From an uncultured virus (IMG/VR IMGVR_UViG_3300024258_000016) (taxonomy: Duplodnaviria; Heunggongvirae; Uroviricota; Caudoviricetes): a DNA stretch of 64,000 nt. The translations under genes and the position numbers were made by a program. The notes under the pieces were generated by a model. That model made no database searches. It saw only the letters and a list, made by a program, of their open reading frames with translations, and had not been told where the DNA came from. The stretch is taken from IMG/VR virus record IMGVR_UViG_3300024258_000016; one strand, given 5' to 3'. Below, one piece after another: positions 50,228 to 61,521 of the stretch (within the stretch, counting starts at the first letter, position 1; each line of letters starts with the position of its first letter).

Positions 50228-51600
50228 TTAATAAATAAGGATAGTGTAATAATTTTCTACTCTTATTCTGGTGAAATTCCAGAATTCTCTTGTAGCTTCC
50301 TCAGATTCTTTAATACGGACAAGATCGACATCTTGATCCTTTTTTGAAAAGTCAATTTTCACTATAACACAATTGCATTTAGAAATATCTTCACGCAAGA
50401 TCGATCCTACTCTTAGTTTGTTAGTATCCATCTTAATAATTAATATCCACTTTTGAAAAGTGACCAACAAGATATGCAAACGTCAAGGTAAAGAATTCTT
50501 AGAATTCTATCCGTTTTATACTACGATTGTACTCTTTAATCTTGGCTGCAAATCCTCCACCCGAAAGTCTAACTACAGATAAAACTACAGCAAAATTCTT
50601 TCTTTCAGGATCGAGTAAAACATCCCCTACTTTATATTTATTTTTCATACTACCAAGCCTCGTAATAATTGTTAATCGCTTGCCAATGCAGACTATACTG
50701 TATCCATCGCTTTACTGTAATATCATATCCTAATACTCTATAATACCCAGAAAAAGAAGCATTATCATTAATAATGATTGCCAAATGATTGCGATTCATC
50801 TTATCTTTTAGTAATGTGTGCATTTTTATTCCATCATTAAACATCTTCGATCTCTATCTTGTAATAATATTTTTCTATCCCATATTCTGTAAATAAAAGT
50901 TCACTTATGCCCCCATCTTTACGATACTCGTCAACCCAATATTCATCCCACTCAAGAACTCGACCTACAATTATGGCAATGTTTTCACTTTCTCTTTCTC
51001 GAAAGATGTCCCCTATTTTGTATTTACCTTCCACATTGCCCTCAATACATAATTGGTGAATAGTAATATTGTAAATTGTCTATAAAAAAGGACCAATTAG
51101 GTTTCCCAAGAGCAGAGAGTTCTTTTACATGAGCAATTTTCGAATAAGTACAAGATTCCATTTTATAAACGAAAGCAATTCTTCCACTTGTCTTTTCTCT
51201 CAAGATCGAACCCACTCTTACCTTGGTTTTGTCAATCATCAATTGCCAACTTTGTATTCTACAATCCTATCATAAAAATACCAAACATCATCTTGTACAA
51301 ATTGAAATTTAAAAATGCCATAAGATGAACGGTGTTCTTCAATGAGGTACTTTTTCTGTCTTTCATAAATAACACCAACAACTACTGCAATTCTCCCTGT
51401 TTCATTTTCTCTCAAGATATCTCCAACATTTACTGTATCCATTAGTTACCAACTATACGATTTTTTTATAATAATGAAAAACATTTCGCTTTCCAACAAA
51501 GAAGATGTCAGTCTTCCCATTTCCATAATACTCTTTGAATTCATAGCTTAATTCATCCTCTCCAATCAAAACAGCATATATGTTTAAATTTTTCTCAATA
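50228..51600 (-). repeat. array of small (V/I)G(D/S)IL(R)E paralogues ending in YY
   Basis: ORFs at 50228, 50650, 50837, 51042, 51239, 51453. Confidence 0.7.
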
Positions 51601-51606
51601 AAGAGA

Positions 51607-54042
51607 TCACCCACATTTACTGCTTCCGCATTCACAAATAATGCATCCTCCCTCATATCTGAGATTGGTTGATCCACACTCTTCACAGACTCCATTTGCT
51701 CCCTCGTTGTCAAGAATATAAGGCTTTAATGCCCTTGCTGCACCCTTATTAAAAGAGTGCAAGCCATCATTATCCATGTTGCCAGTTTCCTTCTGTAACT
51801 GCTCAACAATAAACTTCACTGGTACTTTGTGTCTCAAACTCGTCGAAATGATCCTCGCAAAAGCTAAATTAATCCCATTGTCGAACTGATTAACGATGTC
51901 TGAAATAACCATCTCATCACAGTCAGTACCATTCTCTTTACAATTCTTTTCTGTCAAAACAAGATCATACTTGTTCCTTACCGTCTTCCTCTCATGCTTT
52001 ATAATTGTACCAGATTCATAACGCTTTGGCAACCTAATTTTTTTCTGCTCTCCGCCAAACAACTCGAATGGCTTTCCATCATATAACCCAACAAAGAAGA
52101 TATAAGGCTTACCAGACACGACAGTTTGAAAGATATTACACGGCAACTCCTTTGGCCTGTCGGGAGAAAATCTATCTTGGTTTACATCACTTGCTGTTGT
52201 GTTATCAACAAGAACGTTTGCTCTTGAACCATCAACATATACTGTCAATCCCTTTAGGTTGTGCTCATAAGCCTTCTCATAGATGTCACACACAACATCT
52301 GATTTGGTTCCTTTTGGAAGATTGATCGTACTTGAAATTTGATGATCAATTCCCTTCTGTAATGCCTCTTGCATCTTGATTCTTTGAGTATAATCAATCT
52401 TATCTGAAGTTGTAAAGAACTCTGGGAGATCTTTCTCTTCCTTGATGCCGAAATCTCTCATATACTTTTCGATCAGAGGATGCACGTATTTATGCTCCTT
52501 CCAACGAATACCACTATCATCAACAAAGTCTGCTCTAATATCTTTTTCATTTTCGTTTAGTTTACGTCTTCTCGTATAAGAGAATCTAAACATTGGCTCA
52601 ATACCAGAAGATACCCTTGAGACGATGGCAGAGGTGCCATTTGGGGCACATGTGAGTGAAGCCCCACTTCTCCTGCCATACGTCTTAATCTCTTCAATAA
52701 CGTCGTTGTCAAGGCTATTAATGAATTTATTGTTCTTCTCCTTCTCCCAATTCCAAATTGGGAATGGTCCTCTTTCTTTAGCAAGTCTCGTACTTTCACT
52801 ATAGGCAGTGTTTTTGAAGCTGTTCATCATATGTTCTACGAAATCAATGGCTTCTTGACTATCATATTTGAGAGTCAGTTTAGCAAGCATGTCTGCCAAA
52901 CCAAAGACACCCAGTCCTGTTCTTCTACCTTTCAGTGCCGTATCTCGTAAGCGAATAAAGACATCTTTTACATCTTGTTCACTTGCATGATTGATGATCT
53001 TGTTAAGCTTTTCTACCTCAAGGTCGATAAGATCATCTGACAGTCTTGTTGCAACTCTGATAGTTCTTTCGAACGATGTCATGTCGAATACTGCATCTTT
53101 GACACTAAAGGCATTAAGAACAAAGTTAACAAGATTGATAGCAATTAAGCGACAACTATCGTCAGGAGATAAGGATAATTCTCCACATGGATTTAAACCA
53201 ACATGATTAAATCCATCATCCTTATAGCATTGTAGAGGATTATCTTCAAGAATACGATCCCAAAATGAAACTCCAGGTTCGCCTGTTGTTGTCGCAGTCT
53301 CTCCAATTAACTTAAACAAACTCCTGGCATTAACTGTCTTATAAACTTTACCATCGAATACAAGATCAAACATTTTGTCTGCAAAAACGGCATTCATGAA
53401 TTTGTCTGATAGTTTAACAGTAATATTGGCACCTGTCACTTTTGACAGATCTGTCTTCATTGTGATGAACTTCTCAATATCTGGGTGAGAAACATCCATT
53501 GTAAGCATCAACGCTGATCGTCTACCATTCTGCCCAATCATGTTTGTTACATACGAATAGAAATCTGCAAAACTCCAAGCACCAGTTGTAGTTCCTGCCG
53601 AGTTATTTACCCTCTCTCCTTCTGGCCTTAATGTTGAAATGTCTGTTCCAACGCCACATCTGTTCTTGTATAGGTTTGCCAAGTCTCTCGAAGTATTGAT
53701 GATCCCAGATACACTATCTTTTGGAGGAGCAACAACCACACAGTTTGACAAACTCATCAAACTCGTATTGTTCCCAATTCCATACATTGGAGAACCTTGA
53801 GGAACAATTGAATTGAAATCCTTAAAGTAACTATAGATCTCTTCTTCTGTCAAAGGATTTGAATAATTCTGTTCAATTCTCGCAAACTCTTTGGCAAGTC
53901 TTCGGTGCATGTTGTCAGGAGTTGATTCTACAAGGTTGCTATCATTATCCCTTAATGCATATTTATTAATCCATGATTCTGTCGCTAAAATATCTCCTTC
54001 ATAATACTCTAATGTTTTATTATATACTTCTTCTTGATTCAT
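51607..54042 (-). CDS. nrdJ: class II (adenosylcobalamin) ribonucleotide reductase
   Basis: LSNC, NPCGE, RTGLG, APNGT, SSGIEP, ISSTINLP, C-terminal zinc ribbon; no beta subunit nearby. Confidence 0.9.
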   Translation of the reverse strand: MNQEEVYNKTLEYYEGDILATESWINKYALRDNDSNLVESTPDNMHRRLAKEFARIEQNYSNPLTEEEIYSYFKDFNSIVPQGSPMYGIGNNTSLMSLSNCVVVAPPKDSVSGIINTSRDLANLYKNRCGVGTDISTLRPEGERVNNSAGTTTGAWSFADFYSYVTNMIGQNGRRSALMLTMDVSHPDIEKFITMKTDLSKVTGANITVKLSDKFMNAVFADKMFDLVFDGKVYKTVNARSLFKLIGETATTTGEPGVSFWDRILEDNPLQCYKDDGFNHVGLNPCGELSLSPDDSCRLIAINLVNFVLNAFSVKDAVFDMTSFERTIRVATRLSDDLIDLEVEKLNKIINHASEQDVKDVFIRLRDTALKGRRTGLGVFGLADMLAKLTLKYDSQEAIDFVEHMMNSFKNTAYSESTRLAKERGPFPIWNWEKEKNNKFINSLDNDVIEEIKTYGRRSGASLTCAPNGTSAIVSRVSSGIEPMFRFSYTRRRKLNENEKDIRADFVDDSGIRWKEHKYVHPLIEKYMRDFGIKEEKDLPEFFTTSDKIDYTQRIKMQEALQKGIDHQISSTINLPKGTKSDVVCDIYEKAYEHNLKGLTVYVDGSRANVLVDNTTASDVNQDRFSPDRPKELPCNIFQTVVSGKPYIFFVGLYDGKPFELFGGEQKKIRLPKRYESGTIIKHERKTVRNKYDLVLTEKNCKENGTDCDEMVISDIVNQFDNGINLAFARIISTSLRHKVPVKFIVEQLQKETGNMDNDGLHSFNKGAARALKPYILDNEGANGVCEECGSTNLRYEGGCIICECGSSKCG

Positions 54043-55582
54043 ATATTTTCTCCCTTTTCATATTTAATCAAAACCTTAACTTCTTTACGTAGAATATATC
54101 TGTGGATTCTGCCTTTTAAGTCCCACACTCTACAGTACATCACTTGATGGCGTAAAGCCCCATTTTGTTCTGTAGTGTTTATTCCATAAAACTGTTTAGC
54201 GTATCCGACAGATTCGCTGTAAGCAATAACAAAATCGCCCCTATTCATGATAATTTTGCCAATTCTTTCATTTCATCATTGAATGCCAGAAAGGCAAGGT
54301 GTCTTTTATTTCTGGTCTTAATTTCAAATCTGTCTTGAATAAAGTTCCCATCATCCAAGGTAAACGTGGGTTGATGAATAATCCTTTCCCCTCTGTTGTC
54401 AGAGATTGTTAAACTTGATAACTGATCGTTTAGGTATGTTACCATTACTACATACTTCTTCTCTTCAAATGTTTCGATCTCGATTCTATATTTTGTAAGA
54501 TTTTCTAACTCTTGTTCGTCCCATATCAAATCTTCACTCTCAATATAATTTGCAATATGTTTAATTGCTTCTTCTAATTCTCTTTTAATCATTTTGCTCT
54601 CCTTTTGTGTCAAACCAAATCGTCATATTATAAGTGTCTGAAACAACTATCTCTGTATTTGATGGGAAGAGCTGTCTTACTTTGTAAGTAGTCCCATAAT
54701 ACTCTGAGCTATATTTCTCAACTATGACTCCGTGCCAAGACCAATAGGACGAAGTTGAAACTCTCTTAACAAAATCTCCTACATTATACAGTGATCTCAT
54801 TTGTCCTCCAAGATGTTCCAATATGAAAGACTTTCTCTACATCCCAAATTATATATTTTCTTACTCCCAATACGTTTACAACAATAATTTACATGATGCC
54901 AATCATTGGTATTACTTATCTCTGTGATAATTCCATACCATTTTAAAGAATTGTATTCTGCAACAATAAAATCTCCGATCTTTGGTTTGTCAATCATCCT
55001 TATCCTCCAAGATGTTCCAATATTCAAAATTGTGAAACGCAAGATATATATTCTTCACTCGACTTTCCCCGAGAATCCTAACTCTCAAAAGATCGCATTC
55101 CCTATCTACCACAATTCCGTATTGCAAATGTGGGTTTTCATCTTCATACTGATCATACCCACTTATGACAATAAAATCTCCAGTCTTTAATAGATATTTG
55201 TTTTCCATACATACATTATAATATATTTATAACAAAAGGTCAAGGAGAATTTATCCACTTGGCTTTTGTTAATTCATCAAATCTAATATTCTCAATTTTC
55301 TTTTCACCAAATACTCTAACTTCACAATACCATTCTTCCTTTATCTTTACAATAATCCCATATTGATATTGTTTGACTACGTTGTCAGGGGTCTCCTCTT
55401 TTTCTTCTACTGTAGTAAACTTTTCGTCATTTAAGAATGTTTCGTCTACTCCAGACATTCTAAGCAAATCTTCAAGAATCATCTTATCAATTTCTTCTGC
55501 AAGTTGACGAGACATATCACTTACAACTTTTTCATATGCATCCAATATCTTTTCAAATTTGACAATATCACCTACTTTGAAA

Positions 55583-57532
55583 TTAACTGCCATTCTTTGC
55601 TCTTCCTTCTTTGAATTTTCTATACTTCTCTAGCAAAGCTACTTTTTCTTCTTCTTCGCTCTTCTTGTTGATGTCTTTAATTGACTTATCAATCTTATCA
55701 AGAACCTTCAATTTGACAAGAGATGTATCAATTTCCATATCGTAGACAATCGAATCAACACCAAATCTGTTCTTTGCAATGAACATCTTCCCACTATTTG
55801 ATGCTCTGTCTTCAATAGTTCTTGAAATAGTGACAATCAAGTCGGCAGGGAAACACTTGTTATATGCCTCGCTAATACTGTCCATTGTAATGACTTCGGC
55901 ATTTAATCCTCCACGATTTGTCTGTGAACAGGTATAAAGAGTACACTCGTTCTCCCCTGCAATACCTCGCAACTCTTCATAAATCTCTTCTAGTTCGTGT
56001 CTTTTCTCTCCACCATTTCTATTCCCCATTGGCTTGATTCGATCTGCATAATCTACAATAATTAAATCAATTTTAACTCCTCTTTGCTTAACCTTTTCAA
56101 GATGATTACGTAAAGTATTAAGAGTTGCACTCATTGGAGGGTAATATTTTGTCAGCAACTTTCCCTTATATTTCTTTTTTACCTCCTCAAATACAAGATC
56201 CTTAAATGTCTTCAAATCGTTAAGAGGAACTCCTGAAAAAAAACTGTCGAATCTCAAATCGACAACTTCCTCTGACAATTCTAATGTATAATAAATTACA
56301 TTCTTCCCATCTTGAAGTGCTGTTGCGGCCAAGTGAACCATCGCCATTGAGTTATGACTTAAAATGCCATTAGTATATAAGCAATGTACTTCTTCTACCT
56401 GAAAGTCGTACAGGATGTGTTCTTCTTCGTGATCTTTTATTTCTTTTATTCTCGAAAGGCCAGAAATTGTTTCAACAAGACTCCCGACACTTAAATTCTT
56501 CATATGAACGTAATTATATGTAGTCAAAGTTTCTGAACAAGCGATATCTTCCATTGTCAAATCTTCCGCTCGGACGTGAACATATCCTCCTTGATCTTTT
56601 GCAACTAAACCTTTTCTTAAGTTAATTTTAAGTTTACACATTACTCGATGTTCATACGATCCTCTCAAACTCATACCATTTTCAAGAAAGATCTCTCTAC
56701 TTGCTAATTTTGGAGAATTATAAAACGCTTCAATCTTTCGATATCCATTGAGAGTTCTTACACTAATATCGACAAAGTCATTCTTAATTGTATTATCTTC
56801 TTCAATTTTGATATCAAGTTTTTTGAATAATTCACCAATTTGGATTGTTTCTAACTTGTTGGTATTGTTCCATTTAATGTCAACATTTGTATCGTAAAAT
56901 TGACATTTTCCGCCCCCACTGGTCGAAATTACCACTCCCATTTCGCCCTTACCAAGGCCACCTTGAGTAATCTTGTCAACTTCTTCCCAACCAGTAGGGA
57001 TCTCTTTTCTCATCTTATCTTCGTATCTCTTCTCGAAATCGATGATGAGATCTTGACCCAGATTGTTATCGACACCTAACTTTAGAGCATCATTAACAAT
57101 CTTCTTAATCTTATCATACGATGCCTCATTGGCCTCTTCAATCAACGGAACAGATTGTAAAATAGCTGCCTTTAACTTCTGCCCCTTGGCAAAGTCAATA
57201 GCTTTCTCTTTTGTATATTCTGCCCCCTCAATCTCTACAGATAACTTAATTTTGGCATAGAATCCCCTAACCTGTTCTTGAACAAGTTCAATTTCTTTAT
57301 CCAACTCTGTTCTCAATAGAACTTCAATAATTTTATATGTTGGGTGAGTCTTGTATTTATGTCGATAGTCAAAAATGAGATGAATAAATGTTCTTAGATA
57401 TTCATACTCAAAAAAACTATACTCTAACAACTCCCCAAATTGATCCGCAAAGGCCCTGTCAAGTAACAGCAAGTGTACTACATTCTCTTGAAAGCCCTTC
57501 CCAAATCTTGAAAATGTTTCATTATTTGTCAT
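55583..57532 (-). CDS. replicative DNA helicase (DnaB/gp41-like) with intein
   Basis: PTGW..D, Walker A SGGGK|S, TLEL, IIVDYAD, SQTNR, IAKNRFG. Confidence 0.92.
   Translation of the reverse strand: MTNNETFSRFGKGFQENVVHLLLLDRAFADQFGELLEYSFFEYEYLRTFIHLIFDYRHKYKTHPTYKIIEVLLRTELDKEIELVQEQVRGFYAKIKLSVEIEGAEYTKEKAIDFAKGQKLKAAILQSVPLIEEANEASYDKIKKIVNDALKLGVDNNLGQDLIIDFEKRYEDKMRKEIPTGWEEVDKITQGGLGKGEMGVVISTSGGGKCQFYDTNVDIKWNNTNKLETIQIGELFKKLDIKIEEDNTIKNDFVDISVRTLNGYRKIEAFYNSPKLASREIFLENGMSLRGSYEHRVMCKLKINLRKGLVAKDQGGYVHVRAEDLTMEDIACSETLTTYNYVHMKNLSVGSLVETISGLSRIKEIKDHEEEHILYDFQVEEVHCLYTNGILSHNSMAMVHLAATALQDGKNVIYYTLELSEEVVDLRFDSFFSGVPLNDLKTFKDLVFEEVKKKYKGKLLTKYYPPMSATLNTLRNHLEKVKQRGVKIDLIIVDYADRIKPMGNRNGGEKRHELEEIYEELRGIAGENECTLYTCSQTNRGGLNAEVITMDSISEAYNKCFPADLIVTISRTIEDRASNSGKMFIAKNRFGVDSIVYDMEIDTSLVKLKVLDKIDKSIKDINKKSEEEEKVALLEKYRKFKEGRAKNGS
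56351..56905 (-). mobile_element. mini-intein (185 aa) in helicase Walker A
   Basis: begins CQFYDT, SYEHRV block B, YDFQV...NGILSHN/S; no LAGLIDADG. Confidence 0.92.
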
Positions 57533-57553
57533 ATATGTTTTTCCTTATTAATG

Positions 57554-57733
57554 TTAGTCTTCTACTAATGATTCTGTATCTACATAATTTAAATTACCAT
57601 CACCATCAAATGTAAAACACGCCTCTGCATCTGCCTTTGTAAACACAACATAAACAGAATCATATCTTGTAGTTGTTGTATATTTAATTTCTGCCCATTC
57701 TAGCATATCGATAAATTGCTCAAAATGTGTCAT
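57554..57733 (-). CDS. 59-aa acidic protein (not in ORF track), related to N-termini of 60381 and 60979 ORFs
   Basis: MTHFEQFIDML...FTFDGDGNL; RBS AAGGA. Confidence 0.65.
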   Translation of the reverse strand: MTHFEQFIDMLEWAEIKYTTTTRYDSVYVVFTKADAEACFTFDGDGNLNYVDTESLVED

Positions 57734-58760
57734 ATTGTCCTTTTGTTAACAAGTTGTGTTCATAAAGGCTTATCTTTTTTTCAATTACCCAACCCTTATA
57801 ATTTCCAACTCTTTTTATCTCTTGTAAATTAACTTTATCTTTCCAACTCTTTACGTTCTTGTTTATTCCATCATCTCCGTAAAAAAAATCTCTCATTCCT
57901 TTTGTCCCTATAATCGTATACAAATTCCCCAAAGGATCTAGAACATAATAAACTAACTTTAATTTTTCTGATGCTTTGTCTGTAGTTTCTTTTGTATGTT
58001 TTTTTCCAAAAAAGTGATTGTTTTTCCCTCGACAACTTTCTCTAAACTCTTCGCTTCTGGGCTTTCTAAGTTTTTCGAGAGTCGCTTCCGAATGCCAGGG
58101 TTTTCCGTTATTTCTCTTCGTCTCTGTTGCTCGTTCCCTTTGCTCCTTTGTCTGTGGAGTTGCCCGAGCTTTTTTCAAATTTTCACTAGAAATCTTTATA
58201 TTTTCTGGCCTTCTTGAGTTTTTTGAAATCTTTTCTTTCGTCTCTTCGCTGTGTCGTCTACCTGTTGCTTTCTTCCTAAGATTTTCGATTGCTTCTGGAT
58301 GTTCTTTGTAATGCTTCTTTAATGATTCACTAATTTTTTTCCTGCATTCATCCTCTTTGAGGGGATCTCGATTTCTCTTTTCATTTGGATGATTTTTGTA
58401 GTAATTTTTGGTTGCTTGACTTAATTTCTCTCTTGTTTCTTTAGAAACTTCATATGCTTTTCCTCCACCACCTTCGAGGTTACACAAATTCCCTAACCCA
58501 TATTTTTCAATCTCTTCCTTTTCTCTGTCATACACGGTCTGTTCATCCAAACATTCAAACTCCTTTTTATATTCAACATCCTCATATCCTTCATTTAATA
58601 TTTTCTTAATTTTTGAATATAGTTTAGCATTTGTCCCGTTTGGGTACTGTCCTCTCTTCACAGCATTGATATGGTGCCTCATTCTATTTCCGCTTCCCTT
58701 CCCAACGTAAAATACAGTTTCGTCTCTTGGGTCGATCAATAAATAAACATAATATTCCAT
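57720..58760 (-). CDS. GIY-YIG homing endonuclease with NUMOD3 repeats
   Basis: YYVY.L.DPR...FYVGKG...R; HSEETKEKIS, NHFFGKKHT. Confidence 0.9.
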   Translation of the reverse strand: MEYYVYLLIDPRDETVFYVGKGSGNRMRHHINAVKRGQYPNGTNAKLYSKIKKILNEGYEDVEYKKEFECLDEQTVYDREKEEIEKYGLGNLCNLEGGGGKAYEVSKETREKLSQATKNYYKNHPNEKRNRDPLKEDECRKKISESLKKHYKEHPEAIENLRKKATGRRHSEETKEKISKNSRRPENIKISSENLKKARATPQTKEQRERATETKRNNGKPWHSEATLEKLRKPRSEEFRESCRGKNNHFFGKKHTKETTDKASEKLKLVYYVLDPLGNLYTIIGTKGMRDFFYGDDGINKNVKSWKDKVNLQEIKRVGNYKGWVIEKKISLYEHNLLTKGQYDTF

Positions 58761-58808
58761 TTTCTCTTCCTCCCTTATACCATTAAGTAGTAACGAAGAT
58801 GGGAATCT

Positions 58809-59645
58809 TTACACCATTTTGTTTATTTTTTTCAAAAATTCAACTTTTTCAGAACCTTTTAAGTTATTTTCTTTATTGATGGCAGAACTGAATGTTTCTG
58901 CCATGATGTGTGACTGTAACACGCTTCTCAAAATCTCAATTTCTTGTGCAGAGAAAGTAGTTGCATTTAGATTATAATCTTCAAACGCACTCAAAGCAAT
59001 TGGAACCCATTCTTTAACAATTTCGTAAATTACTTTTGCATACTCTCGAATTTCAATTTGGGCATGTTCGTCAAGTCTTTGACTCAAAAAATTGAATATA
59101 TTACGAAGATTCATGCTCCAATAGAATTCTGTATAAATAGAGGTCGGGAGTACCACTCTCGAAATCTCTCTTGAAACTCCGCTTTCCAATAAAGCTTCGT
59201 ACGCTTTTGCCGAATCGTTAACGCTTTTTTGTATTAATTCAACACTTTGCTTTTGAATTTCTTCCTCAAGGGGTTTCTCGCTACCTTGTTTATTTAAAAC
59301 TCCTTGCCCAAAAATACGACTCTCTTCGGGAATGAAAAAGTTGCTTTCCAATTTTGAATATCTCCCAGAGATTTCGTTTCGAGAACTTGCCCGATAAGTA
59401 TAAAATTGTCTTGCAACAAAAATCGGCATCTTCATGTGCAACTTTATTTGACACATTTCGAAAGGAGACCAATGAGAATTTCTCATTAAGTATCGAATAA
59501 GCTTTTCGTCCGAAGATTTGTTTTTCAACTTCCCTCCGCTGTAGGAAACTCGTGCAGATTGACAGATGGAGCGATCATCCCCCATCGTGTCAATTAGCTG
59601 CACAAATCCCTTATCTAATACTTTAACTTCTTTATACTCGCTCAT
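58809..59645 (-). CDS. thyX: flavin-dependent thymidylate synthase (variant motif)
   Basis: SARVSY, HWSPFE, PIFVARQ, NEISGRY, SRVVLP, HAQIEIR. Confidence 0.9.
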   Translation of the reverse strand: MSEYKEVKVLDKGFVQLIDTMGDDRSICQSARVSYSGGKLKNKSSDEKLIRYLMRNSHWSPFEMCQIKLHMKMPIFVARQFYTYRASSRNEISGRYSKLESNFFIPEESRIFGQGVLNKQGSEKPLEEEIQKQSVELIQKSVNDSAKAYEALLESGVSREISRVVLPTSIYTEFYWSMNLRNIFNFLSQRLDEHAQIEIREYAKVIYEIVKEWVPIALSAFEDYNLNATTFSAQEIEILRSVLQSHIMAETFSSAINKENNLKGSEKVEFLKKINKMV

Positions 59646-59648
59646 AAA

Positions 59649-60074
59649 TTACCAGCGAGCCTCTTTGCCTCTTGTATCCACATGAACAAACAGATTATGC
59701 TCATCAAGATAGACAGATAATCCACCCTTCAAAATGTCTCCATTTGTCTGCATGACGTTGATCGTATCATACAGTCTGTTCAAGTCTTCTTGCTTCTCTT
59801 CGAGGGTAGTATCCTCTGTCCAATCGTTAGGACGAATGTCTGCCGCTCTTGCCCGAACATGCTGACTTGTCGTTTCCCCTCCTACACTCGTATTATAGGT
59901 TAAGGTACGAAACCCACTAAGTACTGTCAATCCTCCACCCCATTCATCTCGAATGAATTGTAAGGTCAATGCCAATGTTCGGATCTCTGCTTTGATGTCT
60001 CGTCCTTCTGTGATTACCTTTGTTCCATCTTTGCAATCAAATTCATGCATTGAAAAATTACGTGTTAGTTGCAT
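59649..60074 (-). CDS. peptidase M15A (putative endolysin)
   Basis: NF...EF.CK, SGFR...N, SQH..AADI, FVHVDTRG. Confidence 0.9.
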   Translation of the reverse strand: MQLTRNFSMHEFDCKDGTKVITEGRDIKAEIRTLALTLQFIRDEWGGGLTVLSGFRTLTYNTSVGGETTSQHVRARAADIRPNDWTEDTTLEEKQEDLNRLYDTINVMQTNGDILKGGLSVYLDEHNLFVHVDTRGKEARW

Positions 60075-60380
60075 TATTGTCTCCTTAATTCTTGTAAAAT
60101 TCGTCTAATTTCTTCTTACTTGTTCTCTTCGCGATCATAAACTTTTTGAACTCTTCATACTGTCTGTATGACATAAACTCTCGAAGAGCTTCCATACTGT
60201 AAAATAGTTTCAAGTCAAGATTTGCAGAAGGACTTCCATCAATTGGGGCCTTTTCTTCTTTCATGAAAAGAAATAACTGATCACGATCCCAATCGTCTGG
60301 GTATTCTTCCAAAATCGGGAATCTTGCTGCACCTTTTGCAAATTTGAACTTACGGCTTGGCTCTTCGAGAGTTGTCATGA

Positions 60381-60944
60381 TTATACCCGATGCTTGTTAA
60401 TCCATTCCCATTCGGATGATGTATGGACCTCTACGGTCAGTAGAGTAGTGTGCATTACTTCTGCCTGTACTTTAAATGTTGCAATTGCATATTCATATGC
60501 AAGCTCTTTTGTTGGACGCACGGTGTCAAATAGAGTATTCGAAGAAACCCAAGTATCATCTCCCCCAGTTGCGAATCGTCCACGACAGACAAACCCTCTT
60601 GGTGTTACCGGATCACTGTGAGTTGTCACTTGCGCATAAGGAACGTTGATAACGTCTTGATGCAATCCTCCATTGACATCTCTGCCTGAAGCATCTTGTT
60701 CGTATGACCAACTACCTTCTGGTTCAAGATCTTCATTGACATCATCTTCTTCGATTTCATTTTCTTCAATCTGCTTTTCGACATTAAGTTCAATTAGTAC
60801 ACCATCATCATCGAAAGTAAAAAGAACAATATCTCCCTCATCGCTCTCCACACGAAGAGTCTTATCGTATGGCCCATTCCGAAATAGTCCAGAAGGGGCA
60901 CCATAATTGTCAAACATATCCTTAGCCGTTTTTAGATCATTCAT
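60381..60944 (-). CDS. acidic hypothetical protein
   Basis: similar architecture to 60979..61521 (ends WEW). Confidence 0.7.
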   Translation of the reverse strand: MNDLKTAKDMFDNYGAPSGLFRNGPYDKTLRVESDEGDIVLFTFDDDGVLIELNVEKQIEENEIEEDDVNEDLEPEGSWSYEQDASGRDVNGGLHQDVINVPYAQVTTHSDPVTPRGFVCRGRFATGGDDTWVSSNTLFDTVRPTKELAYEYAIATFKVQAEVMHTTLLTVEVHTSSEWEWINKHRV

Positions 60945-60978
60945 TTTTTTCTCCTTTTGTTGTTATAGTTATTTGATC

Positions 60979-61521
60979 TTACCAGTTATATCCATTAGTA
61001 TTGTCTTTGGCCCATTCCCAACCCTTCTTTGTAAAGGCTTCAACCAACATGATGGAGGACGTTGCATCTGCTACCTCATGAAATTCAACCTTGGCATTAG
61101 TGATGGCCTGATTTGTAGTGTCAGCAAATTCATCAACAACGATAAATGTACGATCATTTTCACTGTCTTTAACAGAAATGAGCTTGACACGGACTACAAA
61201 CCCACCTTCACGGACTTCCAAATCTTCACCATGAACAGGTTCTGACTCGTCATCAAACTCGTCATCGTCGTACTCATCTTCATCGTCGTCAATATCACTA
61301 TCGTCCCAAAGTCCAGGCCAAAGACCTTCAACTTCATCCTCATCCTCTGCCGAACAAGAATAAGCATTGACAAACTTTTCTTCCTCATCAAAGTAAAAAG
61401 ATACCTCTCGCGTAAAATCATCAGTGTCAATAGTAATTCCTCGGTCTCCGTATGTATATTTAAAGCAAATGTTAAGCTTCTTACACATATTCATCATTGT
61501 CTGCATGTCTGTAATGTTCAT
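60979..61521 (-). CDS. acidic hypothetical protein
   Basis: poly-D/E linker, ends GWEW. Confidence 0.7.
   Translation of the reverse strand: MNITDMQTMMNMCKKLNICFKYTYGDRGITIDTDDFTREVSFYFDEEEKFVNAYSCSAEDEDEVEGLWPGLWDDSDIDDDEDEYDDDEFDDESEPVHGEDLEVREGGFVVRVKLISVKDSENDRTFIVVDEFADTTNQAITNAKVEFHEVADATSSIMLVEAFTKKGWEWAKDNTNGYNW

Noticed and set aside
50458..50486. Promoter with TTGACG -35
   Set aside because: No acceptable -10 at 17-bp spacing.
57720..58808. Group I intron around the GIY-YIG gene
   Set aside because: thyX and the downstream gene are complete, and the flanks are too short for an intron core.
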